The notes under the pieces were generated by a model. That model was not told the origin of the DNA, did no database searches, and saw nothing but the letters and a program-made list of their open reading frames with translations. Made by a program: the position numbers and the translations under genes. From an uncultured Planctomycetaceae bacterium (lineage in GTDB: Bacteria > Planctomycetota > Planctomycetia > Planctomycetales > Planctomycetaceae), in NCBI GenBank assembly GCA_963815195.1, contig CAWFGE010000008.1:192001-256000 (forward strand): a stretch of DNA of 64,000 nt, written 5' to 3'. Shown here piece after piece: positions 1 to 10,757 of the stretch; positions within the stretch are counted from its first letter, which is position 1, and the number at the start of each line of letters is the position of its first letter.

Positions 1-256
1 GCTTGGCCTCGGAATACTTGCAATGAAAAATCATCCTGCGCGAAAAAAATTGTGAAATCCTGTGAAGGTTGGACGATTGGAGGGACGATAACGAGAGCTA
101 AGCGCTTTTTGCGCGAGGGTGCGGAGATTGAACGGTTTCGTTCAAGTCCGCTCCCGGGCCGAACCGAACGCCCATGATTGTAAGAATTGCAACCGACTGG
201 ATTTCGACACCTTGCGATCTGAGACAGGAACTTCCCCCAAGGAGGGTGGTCGTATC

Positions 257-2611
257 ATGCCCACGGCAGAGCCGGCATACACCGGGCCCCGACCGAAAGC
301 GGCCCCATCGAGATGCCTCGTCCCCAGGCAAAGCCCGCTGTCGTTGGTGGCCGTGTATTTTCTGTTGGCCAGCCTGTGCGGTTGTTCGATCTTCTCTTCC
401 GCCGCGTGGAATACGGGGAAATTCTTCGCGAAATCCGCCTCCGCCGCCAAAGACACGCTCACCTCGAAGACGCTGCATTACCTGGGGGATTCGGAGCTCA
501 AATACTACCAAGACGTGGCGTCGCAGATCGATTACACGCAAGTTGACCAGGAGGCGAACCACCAGGCGATCGCCAGCGAGCCGCCCCGCCGGATTCGCCA
601 TCCCCGCGAAGACGACATCCTGGACATCACGCTGTCGGAGGCCATCCAGCGGGCCCTGACCAACTGCGAAGTTATCCGCAGCCGGGGGCAGTTTCTGTCT
701 CCGTCCAACGTGCTTTACAACAGCCCCCAGCAGGTCAACTCGGTTTACGATCCGGCCATTCAAGGGAGCGGAATCACGTTCGGGAACCGGGGCGTGGATG
801 CCGCTCTTGCCGACTTCGATCCCAATCTGACCTTCAACAGCACCTGGGGCCGCAACGAGCAGATTCAAAACAACCGCTTCACCGGCCAGGGTTTGCCTGC
901 GGGGGCCACGCTCATCGCGGAGACGGCCAACGTGCAGGCCCAGCTCCAAAAACAGTTTGCCACCGGCGGGACGTTTTCGGTCGGGCACACCGTCAACTAT
1001 CAGCTCAACAACGTGCCCGCCTTCCAGCGGCTGTTCGGCTCGGTCTATACCGGGAACGTGCAAGCCCAGTTCACGCAGCCGCTTTTGGCGGGCAACGGCG
1101 TGGAGTTCAACCGGATCGCCGGCCCGATCAACAACAACCCGCAGCGGGTCTCGGGCGTGAGCCAAGGCGTCGTGATCGCGCGGATCAACAACGACATTTC
1201 CATCGCCGACTTTGAAGCCTCCGTGCGGAATCTGCTCAAGGACGTGGAGGACTTGTATTGGGAGTTGTCGCTCGCGTACCGGGCTTATGATGCGGAAATC
1301 GTCGCCCGCAACAGCAACCTGGAAGTCTGGCGGAAAGCCAAGGTCCGGTTTGAGGAAGGCCAGCGGACGACCTCGGACGAAGCCCAGGCCCGCGAAGCGT
1401 TCTTTGAAAGCCGTAGCCGCGCCGAGGAAGCCTTGACGAGAATCTACACGACCGAGGGTGAACTCCGCCGGCTTTTGGGCATGCCCGTGAACGATGGCTA
1501 CATCCTGCGGCCCGTGGATGAGCCGACCACCGCGGAGTTTCTGCCCGACTGGCACATCTCGCTCGCGGAAGCGCTCACGAACCGCGTGGAAATCCGCCGG
1601 CAGAAATGGCTCGTCAAAAGTCTGGAACTGCAGATGAAAGCCGCGAAGACCCTGGTCCGACCGCGATTGGACTTCATCTCGGCCTATCAAATCAACATGC
1701 TGGGCGACAAGCTGTGGTCCCCGACCGACAACGACCAGTTTAACACGCCCGAGGGTCTCAACAGCGCCTACGGGACGTTGACGCAGGGCAATCAGACCGG
1801 GTGGAATCTGGGCTTTCAATTCTCGATGCCGCTCGGTTTGCGGACCGCCCATTCCCAGGTGCGAAACCTGGAATTGCAATTGGCCAAAGCCCGCGCGGTG
1901 CTGGGCGTCCAGGAGCTCGAAGTCAGCCACGAGCTGGGGCGGGCCTTCCAGGAAGTGGACCGGGCCTATCAAACGGCCCAAACGAACTTCAACCGCCGGC
2001 GGGCCGCGGAGCTTCGCGTGCAGGTCGAGCAGAACAAAGTGAACGTGGGCATTCAGGATCCCGAAAAAGGCAACACCGTGGACCTGTTGCTGCGGGCCCA
2101 AGTCAGCCTGGCCCAGGCGCAGGTCGCCTACTACAGCAGCCTGGTCGCCTACAACCAGGCGATTGTCGCGCTGCATTACCGCAAAGGGTCGCTGTTGGAG
2201 TTTGACAACATCACCCTGGCGGAAAGCAACTGGGATCCGCAGGCATACATTCTCGCGCTCCGGCGGGCGTGGTCGCGGAGCCATGCCCTCGACGCCGGGC
2301 ATCTGCTCCGGACCGAGCCAGCCGAGTTCTCCACTCCGCAGCCGCTCAAGCTGCTGATGCCGGCCGGGGCCGCGCCTGCGATGAATCCGCCCGGCACGCC
2401 GGCGATTCAAATGGGTCCGGACATGCCCCTGCCGCCCACGCCCGAACCCAGCCCCGCGCCCACGCCGGACTCTCAAGCACCGCCGGCCCCCGTGCCTTCG
2501 CCGCAAAATCCGGGCGACAATAACACGATGACCTGGCGAACGGCCGGCCCGGAAACCCGCGCTGCGGAGTCGCCGCAATTCACCCGCCGCGCGGAACTGC
2601 CGCTCCGTTAG
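257..2611 (+). CDS. TolC-family outer membrane protein (planctomycete type, probable lipoprotein, Pro-rich tail)
   Basis: Long ORF; hydrophobic N-region with LCGC lipobox-like motif; TolC-type segments (ITLSEAIQRAL, FTQPLLAG, VEDLYWEL, FSMPLGLR); ATG 257 after GGAGG-like RBS. Confidence 0.8.
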   Translation: MPTAEPAYTGPRPKAAPSRCLVPRQSPLSLVAVYFLLASLCGCSIFSSAAWNTGKFFAKSASAAKDTLTSKTLHYLGDSELKYYQDVASQIDYTQVDQEANHQAIASEPPRRIRHPREDDILDITLSEAIQRALTNCEVIRSRGQFLSPSNVLYNSPQQVNSVYDPAIQGSGITFGNRGVDAALADFDPNLTFNSTWGRNEQIQNNRFTGQGLPAGATLIAETANVQAQLQKQFATGGTFSVGHTVNYQLNNVPAFQRLFGSVYTGNVQAQFTQPLLAGNGVEFNRIAGPINNNPQRVSGVSQGVVIARINNDISIADFEASVRNLLKDVEDLYWELSLAYRAYDAEIVARNSNLEVWRKAKVRFEEGQRTTSDEAQAREAFFESRSRAEEALTRIYTTEGELRRLLGMPVNDGYILRPVDEPTTAEFLPDWHISLAEALTNRVEIRRQKWLVKSLELQMKAAKTLVRPRLDFISAYQINMLGDKLWSPTDNDQFNTPEGLNSAYGTLTQGNQTGWNLGFQFSMPLGLRTAHSQVRNLELQLAKARAVLGVQELEVSHELGRAFQEVDRAYQTAQTNFNRRRAAELRVQVEQNKVNVGIQDPEKGNTVDLLLRAQVSLAQAQVAYYSSLVAYNQAIVALHYRKGSLLEFDNITLAESNWDPQAYILALRRAWSRSHALDAGHLLRTEPAEFSTPQPLKLLMPAGAAPAMNPPGTPAIQMGPDMPLPPTPEPSPAPTPDSQAPPAPVPSPQNPGDNNTMTWRTAGPETRAAESPQFTRRAELPLR

Positions 2612-2661
2612 AATTTCAAACGGCAACGCGCAGCTTGTGCGGAGTCGTTCCAAAAAGCGCC

Positions 2662-2732
2662 AGAGCCGCGCACGAAGTAAGCGGCCTTGCGATCTGTAGA
2701 CTAGAAACACCGCTTACTTCGTGCGCGGCTCT
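2662..2732. repeat. REP-like palindrome (arm AGAGCCGCGCACGAAGTAAGCGG); further copies at ~3086-3157 and ~50043-50114
   Basis: Perfect 23-bp inverted repeat at 2662-2684 / 2710-2732. Confidence 0.85.
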
Positions 2733-2866
2733 TGGGGAACCAATTCCTTTTCCGAGACTCTTGGAACTACTGAGGTTGAGTTAAAAGAAGATCACTTCCC
2801 GACCATGTCCCACACGCCGTCCCAATCGTCCGAGGGCGGAGTTTGCATCATCTGGCGGGAGCGGCC

Positions 2867-3008
2867 GGGTGGCTGGGGCGCAAAGGAATGTTCCAAGGAA
2901 AAAGAAGATTTGAGGCCTGGGGCCGTGTAAGATTTTCTCGCCCGGCCACAGCCCCAGCATTCGCAGTTCTAGCCTTGTTCCAAGGGGGGATTTGCGCCCC
3001 AGCCACCC
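2867..3008 (+). mobile_element. 142-bp non-autonomous MITE/REPIN-like element, copy 1
   Basis: TIR GGGTGGCTGGGGCGCAAA...TTTGCGCCCCAGCCACCC, internal CTGGGGC..GCCCCAG hairpin; three more copies in window. Confidence 0.85.
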
Positions 3009-3216
3009 AAACCGCGCGGAACTGCCGCTCCGTTAGAATTCAAACGGCAACGCGCAGCTTGCGGGGAGTCGTTCCAAAAAGCGCCAGAGCCGCGCACGAA
3101 GTAAGCGGTCTTGCGATCTGTAGACTAGAAACACCGCTTACTTCGTGCGCGGATTCTCGGGGAACCAATTCCTTTTCCGAGACTCTTGGAACTACTGAGG
3201 TTGAGTTAAAAGAAGA

Positions 3217-6198
3217 TCACTTCCCGACCATGTCCCACACGCCGTCCCAATCGTCCGAGGGCGGAGTTTGCATCATCTGGCGGGAGCGATCCAAAAGGAT
3301 CCACGAGGGGTTGTCCCGTCCCAGCGAATGGGCTTCCTGAAAATACTCGCAAGCGACCGCCCACTCGGCCTTTCGGTAGGCTTCCAATCCTGCGTGATAC
3401 AGCGGCAGCGATCGCAGGAGCTGCGGACTGACGTCCTCATCCGGACCGGCGATCAGCTCGAACAGGCGGATCGGCCGCTGTTTGCCGATGACCCGCACGC
3501 TGTCTAACTCGCGGGTGACGAACTCGCCGCCGATTTTCCGCTGGGTGTGCTCGCTCATGAGGATCGTCACGCCGTAGTGTTTGCTGACGCCTTCGAGCCG
3601 GGACGCCAGGTTCACGCCGTCGCCGATGCAGGTGTATTCGAGCCGGCGTTCGGACCCGATGTTCCCGCTGATGACTTCGCCGCTGTTGATGCCGATGCCG
3701 ATGCCCACGGGATCCCGGCCGGCTTTTCGCTGAATGGCGTTAAATTCCGCAAGGGCCCGCCGCATGCGGAGCGCGGCCCGGCACGCGCGGATCGAATCGT
3801 CCTCCTGCGGAAACGGGACGCCGAACACCGCCATCAGCGCGTCGCCGATGTACTTGTCCAAGAGGCCGTTTTCGGCAAACACGGCATCGACCATCACGGA
3901 GAAATACGCATTGAGCATCTCGACGATGTGCTGGGCGTCCATCGCTTCGGTCATCGCCGTGTAGCCGCGAATGTCCGAAAACAACACGGCCACCTCCTGG
4001 CGGATGCCCCCCAAACGGTCGCCGCCTTCGTCGAGCACTTTCTGCGCCAGCACCGGCGACATATACCGGCCGAGCGTGGTCATCACCCGCTTCTGATGCG
4101 TGATGTCTTCCATCACCACGACGACCCCGTCCTGCTTGCCGGCAAAATCGCGGAGCGGCACGATGTTGTAGTTGAAGGAAATCGTGCGGTCGCCGACTTG
4201 CAGGTCGTCGTCGGCGACGTAGATGGCCTTCGGCTCGTGATACACCCGCGCGATGTTCTCGATCAGCGTCTGATTGCAGCCCTCGAACCAGTCCGAATAG
4301 CACGTCCCCGACATCGCCTCCGCAGTCAGGCCGAGAAGTGGCTCCACGGGCCGATTCGAGCGGACCAGTTTGCCCTCGGTATCGAGCGTCAGCACCAACT
4401 GGTTGATGCTCTGCAAAATGCACTCGAGATAATTCCGCACTTCGAGCGTTTCCTGAAATAGCATCGAGTTCTCGACGGCGATCGCGGCTTGGGCGGAAAA
4501 CGCCGACAGCAGTTCCTCGTCTTCCCGCGTGAACGGCCCGCCGCGCTTGTTGATGATCTGCGTCACGCCGATGGTTTTGCCGTCTTTGTTCCGCAGCGGC
4601 ATGCACAACACGTTTTTCGTGCGGTAGCCCGTGCGCTGATCGACCTCGGGATTGAACCGCGGGTCTTCGTAGACGTCGTCAATATTGAGCACTTCGCCCG
4701 TGCGGGCCACATAACCGGCGAGGCCTTGATCCATCCGCACGCGGATCGTGTCGGTTCCCTCGGCCACCGTGGACAAGAGCACGCCCTCGTCGTGCCGGGC
4801 CAGAAACACCGAGCAGCGGTCGGCCCCCAAAAGCTTCCGGGCCCGCACCATGATCTTTTCCAAAAGCCGCTTGGTGTCGAGTTCCGAAGACAGCGCCGCC
4901 GCCACGTCCAAGAGCGCCTCGAGACGCAGCCGGGCCCGCTCGCGGCGTTCTTTCTCGCGGTTGGCTTCCTCCTGCATTCGCCATCTTTCCGTGCCCACCG
5001 CCGCGAACACCGCCAGCGCCGCCAGAATCTCCAAATGCCGTTCCGAAAACGCGACCCACTGATGCACCGTATCGACGTAGATAAACCCTTGGATCTGGCC
5101 GTCGTAATACAAGGGGGCGCACAAGGCCGAGCGGATGCTCTGCTCGTCGATGCTCCGCACGTGGCGGAAGCGGGAATCGTCGACCGTGTCCGAAACCAGA
5201 ATCGCGCGCTTGCTTCGCACCGCTTCGTTGACGATCGTGCGGCTGATGTTCATCGGCCGGTCCGCTTCGTCCACTTCATTGCGGACGATGCGCGGCGCGA
5301 TGCCCTGGCCCGGCTCCACCACCCAAATCGAACCCCGCTCCGCCGGCACGTGATCGAACACCAACTTCAACACGGCTTCGAGCATCCGGTCCAACGAGTC
5401 GGCCTTGAGCAGCGCGTTTCCCATCTGGCTGATCAGACCGATCACAAGCGAGCCGTCCGCCGCGTTGCACACGGACGACTCCTCGGCGGAATCCGACTGC
5501 ACCGCCCGCAAAATCGGAGGCGAAGGGATCGAACCGGGTTCGGCCGGCTGAGGCCGCTGGACCGGCTGATTGGCGAGCCGCTCGTATTCCTCGACGTCGA
5601 TCGAGGCGAACACATTCGGAGACCGGGCATGCTCGTCCTCATCCTCATCGAACACCACGGTGGGAACCGGGCGACGGGCGGGACGAGGGAACGGCGACGC
5701 GTCCCAATCGCTGTCGTCGTAAGGCGGCTTGTCGGAAACGAACTCGCTGTTGGAGGCCGATTCGGAATCGTACCACAACGATTCGCTCACCGGCTCGTGG
5801 TCGTCCGAGGCGGGGGGCGGCGGTTGATGGAAAATCAAAACCAACGGAACCAAACCCGGCGGACCGAGCGTAATCCGGTCGCCATCCTTGAGCGGCTGCC
5901 GCGTGATGATTTTCTGGTTGACGTAGGTCCCGTTTGTGCTGTCGAGATCCCGAATCTGCCAGGATCGCCCGTCGAACTCGGTCTCAAAATGAATCCGCGA
6001 GACGCCCTTGAGCGAGAGGACCACATCGCAACTGCTCGCCCGGCCGAAGACCATTTTGGACTTGTGTAGATCTTCGCGAATGTCTTGTCCGGCGCGGAAA
6101 TAGCTAATCCACGCGGTGGCCTCCCCATTGAAATTCAAAAGCGCGCCTCCTCGTTCGAGAGGGCCGTCCCCCCCCACCCCGGCAAACCGCCAAGACAC
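3217..6198 (-). CDS. Class III adenylate/guanylate cyclase with FHA, two GAF and PAS domains (start uncertain)
   Basis: FHA (FGR..VSRIH..DLDSTNGTYVN), GAF (SALCAPL; NVLCMPL), cyclase motifs LFSDIRGYT, DKYIGDALMAVFG, YTCIGDGVNLASRLEG. Confidence 0.92.
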   Translation of the reverse strand: MSWRFAGVGGDGPLERGGALLNFNGEATAWISYFRAGQDIREDLHKSKMVFGRASSCDVVLSLKGVSRIHFETEFDGRSWQIRDLDSTNGTYVNQKIITRQPLKDGDRITLGPPGLVPLVLIFHQPPPPASDDHEPVSESLWYDSESASNSEFVSDKPPYDDSDWDASPFPRPARRPVPTVVFDEDEDEHARSPNVFASIDVEEYERLANQPVQRPQPAEPGSIPSPPILRAVQSDSAEESSVCNAADGSLVIGLISQMGNALLKADSLDRMLEAVLKLVFDHVPAERGSIWVVEPGQGIAPRIVRNEVDEADRPMNISRTIVNEAVRSKRAILVSDTVDDSRFRHVRSIDEQSIRSALCAPLYYDGQIQGFIYVDTVHQWVAFSERHLEILAALAVFAAVGTERWRMQEEANREKERRERARLRLEALLDVAAALSSELDTKRLLEKIMVRARKLLGADRCSVFLARHDEGVLLSTVAEGTDTIRVRMDQGLAGYVARTGEVLNIDDVYEDPRFNPEVDQRTGYRTKNVLCMPLRNKDGKTIGVTQIINKRGGPFTREDEELLSAFSAQAAIAVENSMLFQETLEVRNYLECILQSINQLVLTLDTEGKLVRSNRPVEPLLGLTAEAMSGTCYSDWFEGCNQTLIENIARVYHEPKAIYVADDDLQVGDRTISFNYNIVPLRDFAGKQDGVVVVMEDITHQKRVMTTLGRYMSPVLAQKVLDEGGDRLGGIRQEVAVLFSDIRGYTAMTEAMDAQHIVEMLNAYFSVMVDAVFAENGLLDKYIGDALMAVFGVPFPQEDDSIRACRAALRMRRALAEFNAIQRKAGRDPVGIGIGINSGEVISGNIGSERRLEYTCIGDGVNLASRLEGVSKHYGVTILMSEHTQRKIGGEFVTRELDSVRVIGKQRPIRLFELIAGPDEDVSPQLLRSLPLYHAGLEAYRKAEWAVACEYFQEAHSLGRDNPSWILLDRSRQMMQTPPSDDWDGVWDMVGK

Positions 6199-6406
6199 CG
6201 CCCGCTCAAACGGGTTGCCGCGGCCAGATCAAAAATCCGCGGAAGCGAGGTGTCGTCGACAAGCATGGGAACCCACGAAAATGGCCCTTGAATTGTTCCG
6301 CTCAAATCGAATCACAAAAATTCTCTGGACAATTCTAACAGGATTCCCCGATTTCCGTCCAATCCAACTTCCCGCCAAAGTCGATCCAGCGATCCAGCGG
6401 AAGTCT

Positions 6407-7975
<1,569 letters not shown>

Positions 7976-8037
7976 TGTTGGTCAAAGGGTTCAAGAGGAC
8001 AAGGTCTGTACACTAAATACCGCCAAACGGAATCGGG

Positions 8038-8271
8038 CTAGGTCCTGTCGTTCGTTGGCGGGCAGTCATCGGCAATCCACTGACGCACTTCGTCGAGACG
8101 CCAGCGGGTATTGCCACCGATTCGGATGGGTTGAATGAGTTGGCCCGCGCTACAAAGTCGCCACAAGGTGCGGACCGAAATCTGCATCATCCGGGCAAAG
8201 TCTGCCGCCGTAATGAGAATCGGCTTCACGGCCTCCCCACTGTCAGGGTTTGGGTTGCGTTCGGATTTCAT
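8038..8271 (-). CDS. AlpA/excisionase-like HTH protein
   Basis: LITAADFARMMQISVRTLWRL...PIRIGGNTRWRLDEVRQWI, directly upstream of integrase. Confidence 0.85.
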   Translation of the reverse strand: MKSERNPNPDSGEAVKPILITAADFARMMQISVRTLWRLCSAGQLIQPIRIGGNTRWRLDEVRQWIADDCPPTNDRT

Positions 8272-8483
8272 TTATTTGGTCCCGTCTGGTTGGATGTCTT
8301 TTTGATAGAGAGCGAACCGTATCAATTGGAGAATCTCTGATTAAACGAATCGTAGTTACCACGGCTCATCTGGATGTTCACGTCCAGGAATTGTGCTCGT
8401 TTCACTCAAGAGTGGAGTGCGGAATCACGGTCTTCGGAGCGCGAGAGACTTGTGGAAGTTTCCCGATTTTGGAAGCGGTTCAG

Positions 8484-8717
8484 TCACGACTTTTCCTTGT
8501 GGCTTTGCTCGTAGATCCAGGAATGTGCTTCATCGAGAACCAGACGCACGAGCGGGATGTCGTCGCGTGAGAAACGGGTTGACTCTTTCCAGACGTCGCC
8601 ATTTCGGAACAGGCGGATGATGGAGACGCTGTGACGGAGGCCGGAACGGGTCCGCTTACGCCAGATGCGGACCTTGATCAGGCCCTTGCGGATTTCATGA
8701 ATCGGACGAGTTGCCAT
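8484..8717 (-). CDS. Small hypothetical protein, PC4-like paralogue 1
   Basis: PIHEIRKGLIKVRIW...RLFRNGDVWKESTRFSRDDIPLV aligns by eye with 9940-10197. Confidence 0.7.
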   Translation of the reverse strand: MATRPIHEIRKGLIKVRIWRKRTRSGLRHSVSIIRLFRNGDVWKESTRFSRDDIPLVRLVLDEAHSWIYEQSHKEKS

Positions 8718-8762
8718 TTGGTTGGCCTTTCCTCTGGGTGTTTGTTGCCCTTAATGGTTCTG

Positions 8763-9104
8763 CTATGTCTCTTCTTCCAGGCCCAAGTGTTGAAGAATGT
8801 CATCCAATTCGGAGGCCAACCGCTGGAGGGAAGATCGTTCGGTTTGGGTCAGGCAGCCATCATCAGCGAGCACGGCGGCCAGGACCTGGGTCAACTTGAC
8901 GAATTGGATTAAGTCGGCTGGGTGAAAGAGTTGCGAGACGTGGCCGCTTTCGGCCAGTTGGCGGAATACATTGAAACGGTAGCGCCAGCCGGTGTGTTCG
9001 TCTCCCGTCTTCCAGATGGCAGACGTCAAAGGACCCGCCCCGACCATCATCATGGGTTTAGGAGAATCCGGTTTGTCTTTTTTCGATTCGATTGGTCCTG
9101 CCAT
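8763..9104 (-). CDS. Small hypothetical protein, diverged PC4-like paralogue 2
   Basis: KP...GPLTSAIWKT...FNVFRQ...FHPADL pattern shared with neighbours. Confidence 0.6.
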   Translation of the reverse strand: MAGPIESKKDKPDSPKPMMMVGAGPLTSAIWKTGDEHTGWRYRFNVFRQLAESGHVSQLFHPADLIQFVKLTQVLAAVLADDGCLTQTERSSLQRLASELDDILQHLGLEEET

Positions 9105-9197
9105 TACGACCTCGTGAAACGCGATGGATTGGGAATGTTGTGAGAAAAATGAACATGGAGAACTGTCACTCTCTCCATGTCCGGTTTTGAAACGATG

Positions 9198-9425
9198 CTA
9201 CTCTGGCCCGTCTTCCAGCCACCCGTCATTGATTGCCAAAGTCAGGTAGTTGTCGACGATGTCGATAGATTCCCGGAATGAACCTTGGCGGGGCAGACCT
9301 CTCTCCGCGGAGTACTCGTCGAGTCCTTTCGCGAAGGCATAGTTTCTGACAGCCAATAAAGCGATCCAGAATTCACTGGGTGGGTAGGGTAGCAGCGTTT
9401 CGTTTTTTTCATCTTGCTTGTCCAT
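9198..9425 (-). CDS. Hypothetical protein
   Basis: 75-aa ORF with GGAG RBS, co-oriented with cluster. Confidence 0.45.
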   Translation of the reverse strand: MDKQDEKNETLLPYPPSEFWIALLAVRNYAFAKGLDEYSAERGLPRQGSFRESIDIVDNYLTLAINDGWLEDGPE

Positions 9426-9599
9426 TTCTTCTCCAAATGTTCCGCGGTTCGTGGCAGAGGAATGCGATGCGCGGTTCATCGTGCCCCTCCCGGACTGCGA
9501 ACAGTCCGGGGGAAGCACTTGTCGAGATGAGCCGACTGGCGAACCAGCCGGCGAAAACCAGTTGTAAAACCTGCTGAAAAACCGGTGTGCAATGTCGAA

Positions 9600-9878
9600 T
9601 TACTCGGCTGAGTCGATTATCGTCAGCGACCGGTCGGGCATGGTGATGATCAAAAACTCCGTGCCATTGCGTGAGACAAACTTTGACTGCAACTGAGGGG
9701 CACTTGACTCGGCCTCTTGTTGCGGTTTGGTTTGTACTTGCGCCTCGTAAATCTCGTCACTTAGAACGTGATCCGTGAGGGGGTATAGCATTTCGTTCAA
9801 GTTCAGCTTTGCCCGTGCTCGTTTCGTGACTACGATTCTTCGCCTGTGAACGAGAATTGCAGACTTCTTAGTTGTCAT
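9600..9878 (-). CDS. Hypothetical plasmid/ICE-associated small protein
   Basis: AGGAGG RBS; C-terminal GTEFLIITMPDRSLTII resembles a common plasmid small-protein motif. Confidence 0.5.
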   Translation of the reverse strand: MTTKKSAILVHRRRIVVTKRARAKLNLNEMLYPLTDHVLSDEIYEAQVQTKPQQEAESSAPQLQSKFVSRNGTEFLIITMPDRSLTIIDSAE

Positions 9879-9939
9879 GGCCTTGTCCTCCTGACAAATC
9901 GCCGGTCGGATTTCCTCCGACCGGCGCATGAATCATTCG

Positions 9940-10197
9940 TTACTCAACGGCCTCGTCCGGGCTGGCTGGCACATCTTGCCCCCAGATCCAGGTGTAGGCT
10001 ATGTCCACCACCTTGGCCACGATCGGCAAGTCATCGCGACGAAACGTCGCAGTATCTTGCCAGCGATCCCCTTCTTTGTAGAGACGCGTGATCGTGACGT
10101 TGAACCAGACATCCCGACTCTCGGTTTGATTGGCCCAAATCGCGGCTCGGATTCGTCCCAAGCGGATCTCGTGTACCGGTTTTTGTTTCTGTGCCAT
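9940..10197 (-). CDS. Small hypothetical protein, PC4-like paralogue 3
   Basis: AAAGGAG RBS; KPVHEIRLGRIRAAIW...RLYKEGDRWQDTATFRRDDLPIV. Confidence 0.75.
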   Translation of the reverse strand: MAQKQKPVHEIRLGRIRAAIWANQTESRDVWFNVTITRLYKEGDRWQDTATFRRDDLPIVAKVVDIAYTWIWGQDVPASPDEAVE

Positions 10198-10344
10198 AAG
10201 CACTCCTTTTGTGTTGTGCGTTTGACAGGCTTTCCTGGCTCTGCCCGACGCGGTTATTGTTTGCCGCCGTGATTCCCACGGCGGCCTCGAAGGTGGGCTG
10301 TCCGGAGACAGCCCGAAAACCAAACTTCAACCTGTGAGCAACCT

Positions 10345-10713
10345 CTATCTCCGCCTGCCTCGGGACTTCCTTTGCAAGCGGGAGATCTCTTCCTTAACCT
10401 GCTCCACCACAGCGACCACATTGTCGATGTCCGCGGCGGGGATGAACTCGGAGCAATAAAACTGTTTGCCTCCGGCCTTCCACCGCCCCACGCGAATCGC
10501 ATATTCCCCTTTCCGCCAACCACCGGCGGGAAAGATAATGCCGACCACGTTGTCTTCGAAACACCGCTTGATCTCTTGCGGGAGCGGTCCTTCGTGAAGC
10601 GGAAATCCACATTCGCGGCAGTAGCGTTCATCAATCCGCAAGGGGAAGATGAGCCTCCACGGCCACTTCAGTCGCCATCGTTTGCGTTGGTTTCGTGAGC
10701 GATACATGCTCAT
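10345..10713 (-). CDS. Hypothetical protein with CxxC and a PC4-like C-terminal half
   Basis: GGAGG RBS; CRECG; YAIRVGRWKAGGKQFYCSEFIPAADI followed by an amphipathic helix. Confidence 0.5.
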   Translation of the reverse strand: MSMYRSRNQRKRWRLKWPWRLIFPLRIDERYCRECGFPLHEGPLPQEIKRCFEDNVVGIIFPAGGWRKGEYAIRVGRWKAGGKQFYCSEFIPAADIDNVVAVVEQVKEEISRLQRKSRGRRR

Positions 10714-10757
10714 ACTGGTTACCTCCAGCGATTCGGCAGGCTGCGTTCCTTTGAACG

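Larger units (their letters stand above)
2587..3288. repeat. 277-bp direct duplication (2587-2863 and 3012-3288) flanking a 142-bp TIR element
   Basis: Near-identical copies from CCGCGCGGAACTGCC to GGCGGGAGCG with a few substitutions/indels; each contains the tolC stop, a REP hairpin and the cyclase 3' end. Confidence 0.95.

Noticed and set aside
98..2710. 870-aa minus-strand ORF (and similar long antisense ORFs at 4489-6069, 33793-35061, 40669-42570, 44817-46859, 60176-61573)
   Set aside because: Shadow frames of high-GC genes on the opposite strand; no motifs
2721..3340. Small ORFs over the repeat region (also 47704-47959)
   Set aside because: Translations of the TIR element and duplicated DNA; no independent coding evidence
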